A stretch of 61,903 bases of DNA, filler included, from Platydemus manokwari (taxonomy: Eukaryota): NCBI GenBank assembly GCA_037951405.1. It is 5 parts of 5 records of this genome, joined end to end, with 100 filler letters (N's around TTAATTAATTAA, not from the genome) between each part and the next. Parts side by side here need not be neighbours in the genome. Positions count along the whole stretch, not along the records: positions 1 to 9,559 come from JBBMOY011232542.1; positions 9,660 to 22,562 come from JBBMOY011915830.1; 3 more parts are not named here. One strand, written 5' to 3'. Below, in pieces: positions 1-13,000 of this stretch. The position numbers and the translations under genes are program-made. Below the pieces are notes generated by a model. That model was not told where the DNA came from and made no database searches. It saw only the letters and a list, made by a program, of their open reading frames with translations. Every line of letters begins with the position of its first letter. The first letter of the stretch is position 1.

Positions 1-75
1 AGAGAGAGAGAAGATGAAGAGAAAATAAAAAGAAAATATAGAGAAGATATAAAGAAGATGTAGAGAAGATATATC
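1..75 (+). repeat. Purine-rich (AGAAGATAT-like) segment of the local dispersed repeat family
   Basis: Reiterated gaagatat/gagaagat units resemble 6340-6440, 9735-9790 and the reverse complement of 5010-5170. Confidence 0.5.
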
Positions 76-929
76 AAATCTATTAAGGTGAACATTATTA
101 ATTTCGATTCAGTCCAAGTTATATCAATCTCCGAAAGAAGATTGGTTAGAAATTTATAGACAAATTATTCCACAAGTTCAAAGGAATTTGTTGGAATCTT
201 AATTCCAATCTTCCGTTATGTTACATCAAAGTACCACGGTATTTATCTCCCTCAGTGCGATTTTTTAATTGCCTTCAGATCACAGTACTTCCTATTTTTA
301 AAATTATATATTGCATGTTTGTTAATCCGTAGTATTTTGAATATTATTATTATATTGTTCAACGTTATTTATAGTTTGTGTTATTAAACGCACCTAATAA
401 TAAGTTAGTTCTCAGTTCAGTCTTGGAAACATCAGTGGTTCACCCTTGAGTCATCAAAATAAATAATAGTGCTAAAATATGTTATATTGTTTTTTCAATC
501 ATTAATAAACCAATAAAATGATATTTTCGAAATATTCTCTTCTTTAAAAACAACATCCAGTCATATTTCCAGTTCAATCGAGATGATTTGTTTGCTCAAT
601 AAAATCTGTCAAAATAAAAATAATCAAAATTTATTTCAATATAAAAACGAAAATAAAGAATTATCGCATTCTTTATGGCTTGGAAAATTCCTAAATTATT
701 TTCAATGAATTAGAATATTATGTTTTCTCATTCGATTATCATAAACAATATCTGTGATGAGAAAATAAATATTCTTTCGTATGAAACAACTTGTAATTGT
801 TAAACTGTGGGTTTGCTCTCTCAATCTTATCATTTCGGAGATGATATTCAATGGTTTGCAGATATGAAACCCGTCCTTAATGTCTACTGTGCTACTCAAC
901 GTGACGGCGTTATTTGCGAGAAGAAATTG

Positions 930-1400
930 ATGGGATAGACAATAAGGGAAATATCGTATTGATGTTATTAATGAGTTGTTTCGTTACAACAATTAATTAA
1001 TTATCGGCTGAAACCACTAATCCTGAACAGTTATCGGTTGCGAAATTTGATTAATTACGTTTGGACAAATATTTTGTATGAAATCTTTTCGAGAAAATAC
1101 TAAATTGACACAGACTTGCACTTAATGTTGGGCCAATATCATCATTATCGAGATTAACATTGGTAATAGTTGGTAAACAAAATTATTGGCACTGGAAACT
1201 TTTCTGATTTCCTGTGTTTACTCCGATAAAACCAAAAACATCTAAAATAAAAGGTAAATAATTATGTGATCAGTAAATATTCATAAACATTTTGTATCAC
1301 TATTTCTGTGTGAGAGTTATTCGATGATGTCTCACTTAATATTCGAGACCACACAATGCAACCATATCTGATACACACTTTTATTCACTAAAACTGCAAA
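930..1400 (-). pseudogene. Degenerate cadherin-like fragment
   Basis: Minus-strand reading TITNVNLDNDDIGPTLS loosely resembles a cadherin DxNDxxP linker. Frames are broken by stops. Confidence 0.25.
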
Positions 1401-2489
1401 TAATGATGAAAATTTCACATGTTATCATATTATTACAGGTGGTTGTATCGATTTGTTGGATTTTTAACGATTAATAATTTTATCCAACAAATTATTTGAA
1501 AATATTAATATATAACAATATATAACTTTACTTTTAAAAATAACAGTGACTTTAAATCAATTATGAGAATAGCAAAACTCTTAAGTCTTATTAATTTGGA
1601 GCGTATAAATGGATCGACAAATATCATATAAATGAAAGTACCACTGCTGAAAAAGATTGGAGACTCTCATTAAAACTTGTTTAATATTTATGAGACAATA
1701 AGTGGTATGATAAGATGTTATATAGTTTTCTGTATTAAATTTTAATTTTAAAAGGCAAAATTTGAGATATATAAATATAAATATATTGGATTTATCAAAA
1801 TAATTAAGGTTACCAAATTATATTATCAACACAATTTGTGCTGTTCAGCTAAAATTATCATGACACGATCTCCAAAAAGAAATGCAATTTTTTATCGGGT
1901 TTCAACTGGCAATACATTATCTGTACATCGTTATTTATACTTAAGGTCTGCTTTCATTTTGTATGCCATTTTAATTTGATTTTTTTTTACTCTCTTTCAA
2001 TTAGGTTTATCAATTTTCTGGATCGAAACAGTGGTTGCAAGTTGCTAAATTGTATTTTTCGTTGGGTAAGATGAAATTCTGCAAAAAAAAAAAACGAAAT
2101 TGCACCTTGGAACCCTTGTTTTGGTACTTGAACATTTTCATGCCTACACAGCCATACAGGCATAGCAATCAGCCAATCATAATGAAGTTAGATCGTAAAT
2201 TACAATTGGAAAAACTGACACAGCCACACACAACACACATAAGGGATTGACCAATCCCACTTATGTAAAAAGTTAAAAAACCAATAAGAACACAGAAAAA
2301 TAAATATCAAATCAAAATGTGATACAACATGACAGAAAAAATACACTCAGATTGCGAGTTTAAAAATCGATGTAAAGATAGACAACTACCAGTTGAAAGC
2401 CAAGTTTGAGGTAAGAATTTGTAGTTTGTGTATTGATTAATACACTTTATATATGGAGTCAGTTATTTATTGTTTATAGGTACCTAACA

Positions 2490-3518
2490 ATATATAGGGG
2501 CCTATGAAATCTTATCAAAATCTAAAAAATTAAGGTGAGTATGCTCGCTGCTTTAGTAGATATACGCGATGTTCTTCAAGTCAAAGTTGAATTAACTGTA
2601 CTACGTGAGGTCTGGCATTGTCATGATGAATGACCATTTGCCAAGCAGGTAATCTTGTTTGAATGTTAAAAATTGTAGGTAGGAATTGTAAGTATCTTTC
2701 ACCGTTGATGGATTCACCGTCATGAAGAATTTCGAAATACGAGAGTGATTTTGCATAGTTACTGGTAACAATAATCAGAAAATTAAGATAGGATATCGAC
2801 CGCCTTTAATGGTTTGACGATCATCTGTGCCATCCATTCAAACAAAGTTGCATTCTTTTGGAGGGACGTTTCGAAGGTAAATCCATTTTTTAAAAATCCC
2901 AATGATCTTTTCCATAGCTCTTCTTGCCGAGTAAACATTCAACATTTCTTCACAGCAAGTGACTCTGATTATTATCTGTCAGAATGTGAGCACCCACCTG
3001 CTGCAAAGTGACTTCTTTCCAAGTTCTTGTTTCAATATGCGGCGTACACTAGTTTTTTTAATGTCAGTGATATGGCTGGACAGCTTGAGTGACAATTTTC
3101 TTCAATCATTTTAAGCACAATAATGACATTCTCTTCTGCAGTGCTCATTCTTCGCATTCATGAGCCTTCTTTTCCCTCAAAAAGTGTTCGCTATTCTCCT
3201 GCGTAATCTACTCTTTCGTAATCTACTGTACTCTCCGAAGGCTGACGACGTTCTCTGCTCCCCAACTTTCGATAAGAAACCGATGAATTTCGGTAGGCGA
3301 AATGTTGTTTTGTGTTAAAGTTGCAATGAAGAAATTTTTGTCGCATTGCTTTGCCTTCATCTTTCAGGCTAAATCATTTAATCAACTCTAACCGATTTAT
3401 TTAAATTTAAATCTTGAACTTTCCAGTCTTGTTAATGATCCTACCTAGAAAATTTTAACTTCGATCTTCAGATATTTTCTTACTGATAAAAACTAAATTT
3501 TTTTCCGGACTTTATATA
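2490..3518 (-). mobile_element. Degenerate mariner transposon
   Basis: Minus strand gives SVRRILKQELGKKSLCSRWV-HIL (WVPHxL motif, ~2980-3050), ESINGERYLQFL (~2680-2720) and VIHHDNARPHVV (~2598-2636). It is frameshifted, and the ends are approximate, lying near TATA runs. Confidence 0.85.
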
Positions 3519-3599
3519 ACCAATCTGTCATGTATAAGTTTCGATGGATAACAAACCCGATTTAACCACCTTGAAAACTTTTGAATTGGCGATTAAAAC

Positions 3600-4460
3600 T
3601 CCGACAGTTTAGTATTAGCGTATCGAACCATATAATGTAGCACCAGAAAGCTTATACAGTATTGGTTTAATATAACAAAAATAACAAAAAAGATACAAAA
3701 CAAATAATACCTCAAAGTCTCATAACATTATCGATGGTCTTGGAAGATTGGTTCTTGGAATAACATGATCATCAATCACACAAATATCAATCGAATTCGA
3801 GTCATTCTATGGAAGCAACCTAACGCGAAATTATCTGATAATTTGACAACTATGTAGTGTTACTTTGACAGTTTATTGTGATCTAATAATACTGACACAA
3901 TTGTCATTTGTCCTGATCTATTTAAAAAATATACGCAATGGGTATATAAAACATGGATCAATGAAGTTCGATTCAAACCTTTGAAATTAATAATTATTAC
4001 AATAATATTCTTTACAAATAATATTCAAAGTAGATAAAAACTCATTGGAAAATAAATTTTAAGCTATTGGTCAAAAATACGTCTTAAAGATTCGAACAGT
4101 TAACTTAGAGCTATAAAAATCTATAAATAAATATTCGATAAGTTTGTAAGGACGATTGTTCTCGATAGAGCTCTTTTGCATTTTCATTTAGTAATTCTCT
4201 AAACTTGAATTGATTTTAATTTCGTTTTATTTTCCCATTTTATTTTCGTTGGTAAGATAATGAATGGTATTTCGAACGCATCTGTTTGATTTAACGAATA
4301 AAGACATGATTTTGCAGACATCTGAATTGAAATAATGGAGCCCAATAAAATGAAATTTGATATCATAATTCAAGAGCTAAATATAAAATAGGATTAGCCC
4401 GAATTTTTCAAATCTCGTCGGTCATAACATGGTTCCTCAGCAATGCCTTTGATTTGAAAT
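3600..4460 (-). pseudogene. Protocadherin-like pseudogene: last EC repeats plus transmembrane segment
   Basis: Minus strand gives KELYREQSSLQTYRILFID...KLTVRI (LDRE-like, 4159-4170), LLDHNKLSK*HYIVVKLSD and SIDICVIDDH, then the hydrophobic YYLFCIFFVIFVILNQYCISFLVLHYMV. Many stops and frameshifts. Confidence 0.55.
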
Positions 4461-4744
4461 GTGATATTTTCTATAATGTTTTTAGTTTAATGTATTTCAT
4501 TGTATTATCAATCAAATATTGTTTACGAACAGAATGGTTATATTTGGAATGCAAAGTAGCTTTAGTGCTTGACAAAAGAATAAAAAATATTTCATTCTAA
4601 TTTAAATTGTAAAAAGTTTTTTTTTAATAAATAGTCGAATTTATAAAAAATTTTAAATTAATATTACGATTTCGCTTAACAAAATCGAGAAATGAATGAA
4701 AAACTGATAAAAAAGAATATTGAGATGATAATTATTTTTACATC

Positions 4745-5170
4745 AGGTTTGTTAGCCGCTACTATTCTAAAAATCACACTTTAAAAACGAACTGAAAAGT
4801 CAAAACACCACAAATCTATTTAGATATAAATATTTAAACAAATAAATTTAATTTTATATAAATATGATTTTATATAAAATTAGAATTAAATTTGAATTAA
4901 AATTACAATTCATTTCAAATATCTCATCCCCCTTTCTTTAAAATGCTTGATTTTGTTAATTGTCTCTGTATCGAATACTCTACATATTTCATTATACGAA
5001 GTGTCTAATTCTTCTATCTTTTAATACCTTCTTTTACATCTTCATTTCATCTTCTTTTATAAATCCTTTATAGTTTTTTTTATATCTTCTTTTATATCTC
5101 CGTTATATCTTCTTTATCCTCTTTTTATCTCTTCTACAATTTCTTCATATCTTCCTTATATCTTTTTTAT
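4745..5170 (-). repeat. Dispersed repeat, copy in reverse orientation (unclassified non-autonomous element)
   Basis: The reverse complement shares tagagtattcgataca, aaaatcaa.attttaaagaagg and gacttttcagttcgttttt...aatagtagcggct with 9735-9985. Confidence 0.75.
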
Positions 5171-5379
5171 AGGTCAAGATTTTTAAATAGCAGTTAACCG
5201 AGAATAATTTTTCACAGAATAATCTTCGGATCAATTTATATGTACTGAATTATGGAATAGCTTTATCGACAAAATTATCGATTCCGTAAGAAATTTCTCG
5301 TTATTATTTATATTTATACTGTTACCTTACTATTGTTAATTTCTTAGATAAAATCAAATTCACAAGTACTAAACTCCAG

Positions 5380-6090
5380 TGAATGTAACTAAAATTAGCA
5401 CGGGTTCGAACCTTGAAATGGAACGACGAAATTATTTATCACAAATAACAACTTCAGATTGAAAATTTCTTTTCATTGTGATTCTAACACTTTTGATGAC
5501 GCCTACAAACTTCCCATAGCGGCAGCATGTATAATTAGTAAGTTAATAAGAAAATCCCGATATCATTATCATTGGCTGATATCAAATGAAATTTTTAAAC
5601 CATTAAGACCAAATAATTACGGAAAACCGTTTCGAAAAGTTGTTGACACCATTGCCGGTACAATTAAGAATTTTTTGCCACAGATAAAAAGAAAATTTTC
5701 TCATTATACTGATTGCCATGTGATGTTATAAAGATGACACGATTAATGTTTCTGGTGTTCGCATTACGAAATTAATTGCAATTATATTTAATTAAATTTA
5801 ATTAGATTTATTTTCACGATTTTCTTCATCAATCAATATCAATAAAATTAAGGCTACTCATAAACTCGTGAAATTATATTAAATATTCTAATGGAGTGAG
5901 ATAAAAATCATTAAACCTATTATTATTATGATAATGTGGATTTGTTAATCGAATAATTGCAAGTACCAACGTTTTTTTTCATTGGCGACTTAGTTTCATG
6001 GTCCTTTCACAGACAGTTGCTTAAAGATCTTGAAATTTATCATTCAGTGACTCCCAGACTGTTAAATGTTGGAATCCATCACAATCTGAA
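5380..6090 (-). pseudogene. Degenerate cadherin EC repeats
   Basis: Minus strand gives HLISANDNDIG (AxDxDxG calcium-binding motif, ~5556-5588) and IDEENRENKS (DRE-like). Disrupted by stops. Confidence 0.5.
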
Positions 6091-6169
6091 CTGATTTTTA
6101 ACGAAAGAAAACGAATAGTTATTGTGAGGATTTAAAAAGTTTAATTTAAAATTATTTTATATATTAATG

Positions 6170-6680
6170 TCAAAAGATAATATTTGTTTAAATAATAATT
6201 GTTTTTAAATATATAATTTGTTGTCGTGACTTTTCAATTCGTTTTAAATGCATACAACATAAAATAATAGCAGCTTACCTGGCAACCTAGCATTTGGATT
6301 CGATTCTGAGAAGGTTTTGGCATAAAAGTAAATAAGAGGAAGGTGATTTAGAAAAGATGTATAGAAGATATTTAGAAGATATATAGAAAACTAAGAAAAT
6401 TCGAAAAGAGTGAAAGAGTAGAGAAGAAATAGAAGTTTACTTTTAAATAAATTATTTTTAAAATTTAATATAGAAATAATTAGGAATACACAGAAGATCA
6501 AATATTTCAAGAAAGAAGTTGAGAAGATTTAAAAATTTTAATAAAAAAAAGTTTTATAAATTAAAATTAAAAATATTAGTTTATTTAAATATTTGTTTTT
6601 AAATAGAATTTATTGTCGTGACTTTTCAGTTCGTTTTAAATGGATGGGACATAAAGTAATAGTAGTAACTTAAAGTTACT
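6170..6680 (+). repeat. Two tandem partial copies of the same dispersed repeat
   Basis: ttgtcgtgacttttca(a/g)ttcgttttaaatg...aa(a/g)taatag occurs at ~6221 and ~6613, with a purine-rich gaagatat tract between them (6340-6530). Confidence 0.75.
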
Positions 6681-8199
6681 ATAAAAAATATCTTTAAAGC
6701 TATATCTAATTAACTTTAAAATCATCAAAAGACATTAATAATTGTCTCCGTTGGCGCAATTTGCTCAATAGTAGATTTAATTGCCCACCCATTCCGATGA
6801 CATTAGATATCACTTATTATTTGGTCTTAACCACCTGTTGTATTTACATTTGGTCTCGTGCCTACACATGCATCACAGCCCTATTGAATTTTAAAACACT
6901 TACATTTTACAATTACATCCATAAACCCTCTGAGTTACCAAACTCCATAGAGATATATCACGAAACATGTACTCAAGTACCATGACAAATCATAAATGTC
7001 AATAATAATTTTAAAAGCTTTGATGAGAAATGTAAATCAGCCTTTTATATAAAATAGATAGGTTTTCGAAATGGAGATAGAAGTGAAATTAGTGACAATA
7101 TCGAATTTATTACTTTGATGTTTTACTTATAAATTTTTAATAAAGATATTGCTTAGTTGTGTCGTGACAAGAAATTGTCGAAAATTCATTTTGTGATTAC
7201 CAAAGAATGTTTAAATAAATATTGCAGACTACTTAAATTTATTCAAATTGTTTTTTCTGATTTTTTTGTTTTGTCGATTTTCGTATTTATTGTTAGAATA
7301 TTCAGTATTTATATGTTGCTTTTAAAATGCTTAGATTTAAAGCTTTCTTAGAAAAGGGAAGCGGGCAATAATCTAATATTAGTAGATAATTATATATAGT
7401 AGCAAATACGAAGTAGCAAAAATTGAAACGACATTGTGAAAAATCTATGAGAAATGAATTGCTAAATAATTTTTAAAATATTTTTATGGTAATGAAATGA
7501 TACTGGTGAAATTCAAAAGATTCGAACGTTGTAATCGTATTTCATTAAGACGTACCAATGAGTAAGTGCGCAAAATTACTATCAAACTCAGTTAAGACTC
7601 CATAAATCAATATAAAACAGCATAAAACTTTGCTTCTAACTGGCAATTGTTGCTATGAATGGAAGCTTTTTATAATGACCCTGAACACATTATTAAAATG
7701 ATTCATCTAAACAAATTGTTCTAAAATATTCTATTCATTTTTATTTTTTGATTTAAGTAAATTACTAATAATTTCCTTTAGAATATTTCTAAATATATTT
7801 ATTTAGAATTTTTTATTATTTTTTAAAAGTTAATTTTTTACATAATCGACAATACCAATGAAAGCACCCAACATTAGGTTCAATTTAAATTTCTTAATAT
7901 GTTGGTGTATTTCTAATCACTAGACTGAATTTAATGTGATTGATATAAATTCAATTTTTGTTCCTTTTCATTTTTATTAAACCTACGAGATTCACTCTAC
8001 ACAAAATATAAAATGCAATAAAAAATCAAATAGAAAAAATAATATGAGAAATAGGGCTATGACTCATGCAACTATGAAAGATGATTTTTTTTTCCAGGAG
8101 CACAATCGTTATTTGGTTAAATTTGAAATTTATTAACAATGTTTTTCGAATTTATATTTAAGTCCTGCATAATAGTTTTAAACGCCTGTTTTTCTTCGT

Positions 8200-9280
8200 T
8201 CTTCATTCCCATTGACTATTCAGATAGCCCGTTATTTTTTGTAGGAATTTCGATTGACGTATGAAGTCCAATCGAAAAATGTTGATTCAGAAGTCTTTAG
8301 TTGTCTACTGAGGTATTGAATACTAATATTGGGTATACAAGAGTTTTTGTTCATTATTTTTGCATCGTTGTTGACACACTTGATAAATCACTATTGTGGA
8401 ATATCGAATAATTCATCATTTCGCCTAAACGTCTGTTTATTTGGTTTAAACAATAAATATAATTCATTATTGAAGGATCACATTTCATTAATGTGATATC
8501 ATATAATGTTTCGAGATTTTAATGAAGCCTATAAACACAAATAAATAATTAATAATTCATTCTTAAGTCTATGATATAATTTATCAGTAGAATTTTATGA
8601 TTTCAATTAAGGGAATCAAAGTTTTAAAGCGATGAAAATTTCCTCCAATCGACAACGTGGTAAAAAATCAACTAAATGGACTGGCGATCACACATATAAA
8701 TAACCTAAAAGTACGAATTTCAATTTTTTCAACAAAAAAACAATGAATTTTTTAGTGGTGACATCAGATAAAAGCCTACAGTGAATAAATTAATTAATTT
8801 AAAGTAACTTTGGACTTCGCATTTTATTTGTTAAATCCTCAATGAATGAATTTTACACCCTAATAAAGTATCGATTATTATAGAAAATAATGCCATCGAC
8901 ATTCTCACGTTTGTTTGACACCATCAATGATATTTATCAAGATTTATTTTGAAATCATGTTTTTTATGAAAAGAATCCCAAATCACCAAACCGAGGATTA
9001 ATTACTTCACATTTGTCAGAATATTTTGATTTGAATGTTGATAATATCTGGGAAAATAATATTGAGATTATGCCACATATATATTCGTGATACTCATTTG
9101 AATAAATTAATGTCATTATAAATGTTATGATATTTCAATGGATACCTTTCCCCATAATGGATTATGTCGCCGGTAGCTCAAATTTGGATTTCTTCGAACG
9201 AATAATTCTCTTATCTCACAACGTTAATAGTTTGTGAAATGAAATAATTATTATATCAAGAATTTTATAAATATTATTTA
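8200..9280 (-). pseudogene. Degenerate cadherin-like fragment
   Basis: Minus strand gives SFIEDLTNKMRSPK (~8810-8850), resembling the I-x-D-x-N-D-N-x-P linker. The flanking sequence is coding-like but interrupted. Confidence 0.3.
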
Positions 9281-9559
9281 AATATTTGGATATACATTTC
9301 AAATTTCCTGATATAATAATAACCATAATATATAAATAATAATAGTAATAATAATAATATTGATAATAATAGTAGTATCTGTGAGAATTAATTTGAATTA
9401 AAATAATTTTAAATAAATATTTAAATAAAAACTTTAATTACGATTTAAAATAATTTAATAAATTAAAGAATTTAATATTTTGAAATTAAACATTTAATAA
9501 TTTAATGCTTTGAAATTTATATTTGATTGTTTAAAATAAAGTAATTAAATGATTTAAAT

Positions 9560-9659
9560 NNNNNNNNNNNNNNNNNNNNNNNNNNNNNNNNNNNNNNNNN
9601 NNNTTAATTAATTAANNNNNNNNNNNNNNNNNNNNNNNNNNNNNNNNNNNNNNNNNNNN
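9560..9659. other. Assembly spacer: 44 N + TTAATTAATTAA + 44 N
   Basis: Seen directly. The 12-mer puts stop codons in all six frames. Confidence 0.98.
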
Positions 9660-9734
9660 ACATCAAATAAATTTAACATCAAATAAATTTAACATCAAAC
9701 TAAATTCAATACAAATTCAATTTGATATCCTCAC

Positions 9735-9990
9735 AGAGAATATATAAAGAAGATGTAGAGAGGGCGTAAATAAGATAGAAAAATTAAAGATTTTTATGTA
9801 GATTAATGTATAGAGTATTCGATACACTGTCAATGAAGAATACAAAGAAAATCAAAGATTTTAAAGAAAGGAGGATGTGAAAATTTTTCAGTGAAATCAA
9901 TTTTTAAAGATTTGAATATATAATTTGATGTCGTGTCTTTTTAGTTCGTTTTTGATGTGAGCTTTATAAAATAGTAGCGGCTTACAAAAG
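9735..9990 (+). repeat. Dispersed repeat copy
   Basis: Collinear with the reverse complement of 4745-5170, and shares the gtcgtg.ctttt.agttcgtttt motif with the copies at 6221 and 6613. Confidence 0.75.
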
Positions 9991-9999
9991 GAAAAGCAA

Positions 10000-11130
10000 A
10001 AAATTGTCATGGATCAGTTTTGCTTCACCCGATATCTCCTAGATCGAATAACATTTCTCCATAAAAACTTTCATTGAATCAAACCAGCTATTAAATGTTG
10101 ATCTTAAGATTTTTGTATTTTTGTATTCATTTTTCCAGACTTTGTTTATCGGATTGAAAAAACATCCACGAAACCAATACATTTTCAATTTCATAAAATA
10201 GATTCGTCGCCATATTGATGATAAACGATAGAATTTATTAATTCAATGGTTGAGCGTAACATCAAGCTAATGATCAAGCAAGATAAGAAACCACGGTAGA
10301 TGACTTAAAACTGATAAATTACAACTGAGAAGGCATGCAATCGTTTTGTCAGATTTAGTAGAACTTTATCAGAAAACAGAATAATTTCAAAATACAAAAG
10401 CAATTATTATTAACACCAGGTTTAATGGGTCACATGAAACCAACTTCTTTTGATCAATATATCAATCAAGCACAAATAAAATATGGATGAAGAGGTGCCA
10501 TAAAATACAGGACACATCTCGCCAATATATGAAACAATATCCTCACACAAGTTTCCAATCTTATTATCCCTGTCACCGATATATCAATTGATCGTGATTT
10601 TCCAAACAATTTAAAATTAAATAGTCCTTGATTGTCATTTATCAATTCAATCCAATAAAGTATATTAACCATCATTTAATCAATATTGATCAATAATGCA
10701 CACAAGAATCATTTTTATCATCAATTTAATTTATGAAAAACAGATTTGACAACAATTTGATAAATCGGCATTTATTATTTCCAAATAAATCAATGACTTC
10801 AAACCAAGGCACAGACATTTTCCTATCTCAATGTTGTAAGGTACTCAATACTCGGAACGAACAGTGGTTTTCATTCTTAGACATATTTTTAAAGAATTAT
10901 TAATGAAAAAATTGGCTTGATACTTCTTTGCTCGGCTGCATGATTTGGTCTTCTTATACAATCATAGGCACAGGACTTTTATAACAAAATTGTCTGTCAG
11001 CTCGATAGCATTTTAGGATCGATCTTGATATTTCGATATTCTGTATTCAGTTCTGATTTTAATGTCCTTTCATATTATTGATTTCTTCTAATTGTTTATT
11101 AATTCGAATAAATTCTGCTCATATTGCAAT
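10000..11130 (-). pseudogene. Degenerate cadherin EC repeats
   Basis: Minus strand gives IIDQY*LN/NILYWIELINDNQGLF, resembling DxDxGxN-I-Y-I...F. Overlaps ORF 10466..10675 and is heavily disrupted. Confidence 0.4.
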
Positions 11131-12539
11131 TAAAGGAAATTTGGGCTAAAGTTAAAAAACGGTCCTAAAATGAAATTTTAAATTTGTTGAGTGTATTGCA
11201 AAATTCTATATAGTTCAGAAAATTTTGAATTTTTTTATTCAAGTGCTTAAGAAGAATTTTAGTTGTTTGAAATCAAATATTAAATACACGAGAGGTTGAA
11301 AATAACCTAAAATTTGATTATATGAAAAGTATGGTGAATTGTAATTTATTGAAAATTAACGAAGGCTCTTTTTTTAACATTAGAAGCAAATTGAGAGATA
11401 TTCTCAATTTTTATAATTATTTTATAAAAATAAGCAATGATATTATTAAACATGTTTCTAGTTAACTAACTCGATTTACTAAGTTATAATTCAAAAAGTT
11501 AAATTTAAAATCTTAAATAGTATAAGTGCTGTGATTAGAACGGGAATTTGGTTTGAAAAATGTGTTTTCTCGACATTAGGCATCCCGAAAAAATGAGATA
11601 TTAACTGAATTATACAAATAAATCAAACATCGCAATTATGTATAAATTTAAGTTATAAAATTTTATCATGTATGAAAATTGATTATAACGAAAGTAGGTC
11701 AAAGACCCCCCCTTTCTTAACTGAGGCCTAATTTTTAATTTTGAGAAAGTACTTTACAAAAAAATAATTTAAAATTAATTCTCACACAATGTTCTAATAA
11801 AAAACCAAGCAAAAATTTTAAATTTTTCATTATTATAACGGATATATTGAAATACCAATTTTTAAACTGTTCTATTTTATTGTTGAAACATCCCAACTGA
11901 AATCTCTTTTGTATAACAAATACCAATCTGTCAGATTTAATTATTAATATCATCATAAATAAATAAATATTATCCTATCATTAGAACGATCCTATTTCGA
12001 TACATAATATCGGTATATTAATATTTTCGTCGTCATTAGTGGAGTAACAGAAAATCACAAATAAAAACATTTTCTCTCCTATCGTCAATCAATTGAACAG
12101 AATTGATATTGTTACTTGTTTCGTAGTTTTATGTGAAGTGGTATCGAAATAATGAAAAATCTTATCTGAAAATCCTAAATTCATATGAAAAAAAAATTCT
12201 AAATCGAATTAAAAACGTTAAAAAAAATTAATTTAATTTTAATAACAAATTAAATCCTATTTGTTTTATCTTATGTTTGTAATCGTCAGAATATTATTTA
12301 TCTGCATTTTATAAAATGAACAAACACAAACAAAGCTCTGTTTATTTTCTTAACTTTATTTTTAAAGCAAATAAACCTTTTTGGCTGATAAGTAAATTTT
12401 CTAATAAAAATTTTTCAGAATTCTTTCAACGATTATTAAGAATTTGTCATGCATATTTTGAATCGAAATTTAACTGGTCAATATATGGATGTGGTTTAAT
12501 TATTCTCATCAATCATCATTCAGATTACATCATTAATTC

Positions 12540-13000
12540 ATTTTTAATCTTGCGGTGCATGATACCATTGTCACTCGGGAACTGATTGCTGATGACGCAA
12601 GCTCCTCATGGTTGCTAGGAGATATTTTCGAAAATATTTTTGGAAATTATTTTATGGTTCATAATATCGAAATTAAACCACTCTATGTCTGATATTTTTT
12701 TGTCTGCATCATTTTTTGTTATAATTTGATCGAATGAACGAAATCAATTGGATTTGAGAAAGAGATATATTTGTAATAAGGTTTGTGGATTTAGAAATTA
12801 ATCATTTCATTTCGTTCTTTTTATGTCTTCATTTATCTAATGAAACTTGATTTATCTTGGAGAAAATTTTTCGTTGATCAATGGCAAAAATAAATTACAT
12901 TGAAAATTCAAAAACACATTTCTGATGAACAAAAACTCGAATATAGATTTATATTTACAAAATTAACTTTCCAGCAAATGTGTAGAAAAAACATTGATTT
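12540..13000 (+). pseudogene. Possible protocadherin EC1-like N-terminal fragment
   Basis: TRELIADDASSSWLLGDIFEN followed by ...KSIGFEKEIY/ICNKVC resembles the protocadherin EC1 pattern EE...VGxI...IDRExLC. Broken by stops. Confidence 0.3.

Noticed and set aside
5395-5420. gggttcgaacc, resembling a tRNA T-loop or B-box
   Set aside because: Poor T-stem pairing, and no D-arm, anticodon arm or acceptor stem.
9604-9615. Palindromic TTAATTAATTAA recurring four times, as a possible recombination or piggyBac-type site
   Set aside because: Always centred in a 100-nt N gap, so it is an artificial linker.
12585-12625. CTGATGA hammerhead ribozyme core (similar hits near 12922, 55096, 56442 and 60197)
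   Set aside because: No stem II closing onto GAAA with matching stems I and III. The 55096 hit is CHM coding sequence.
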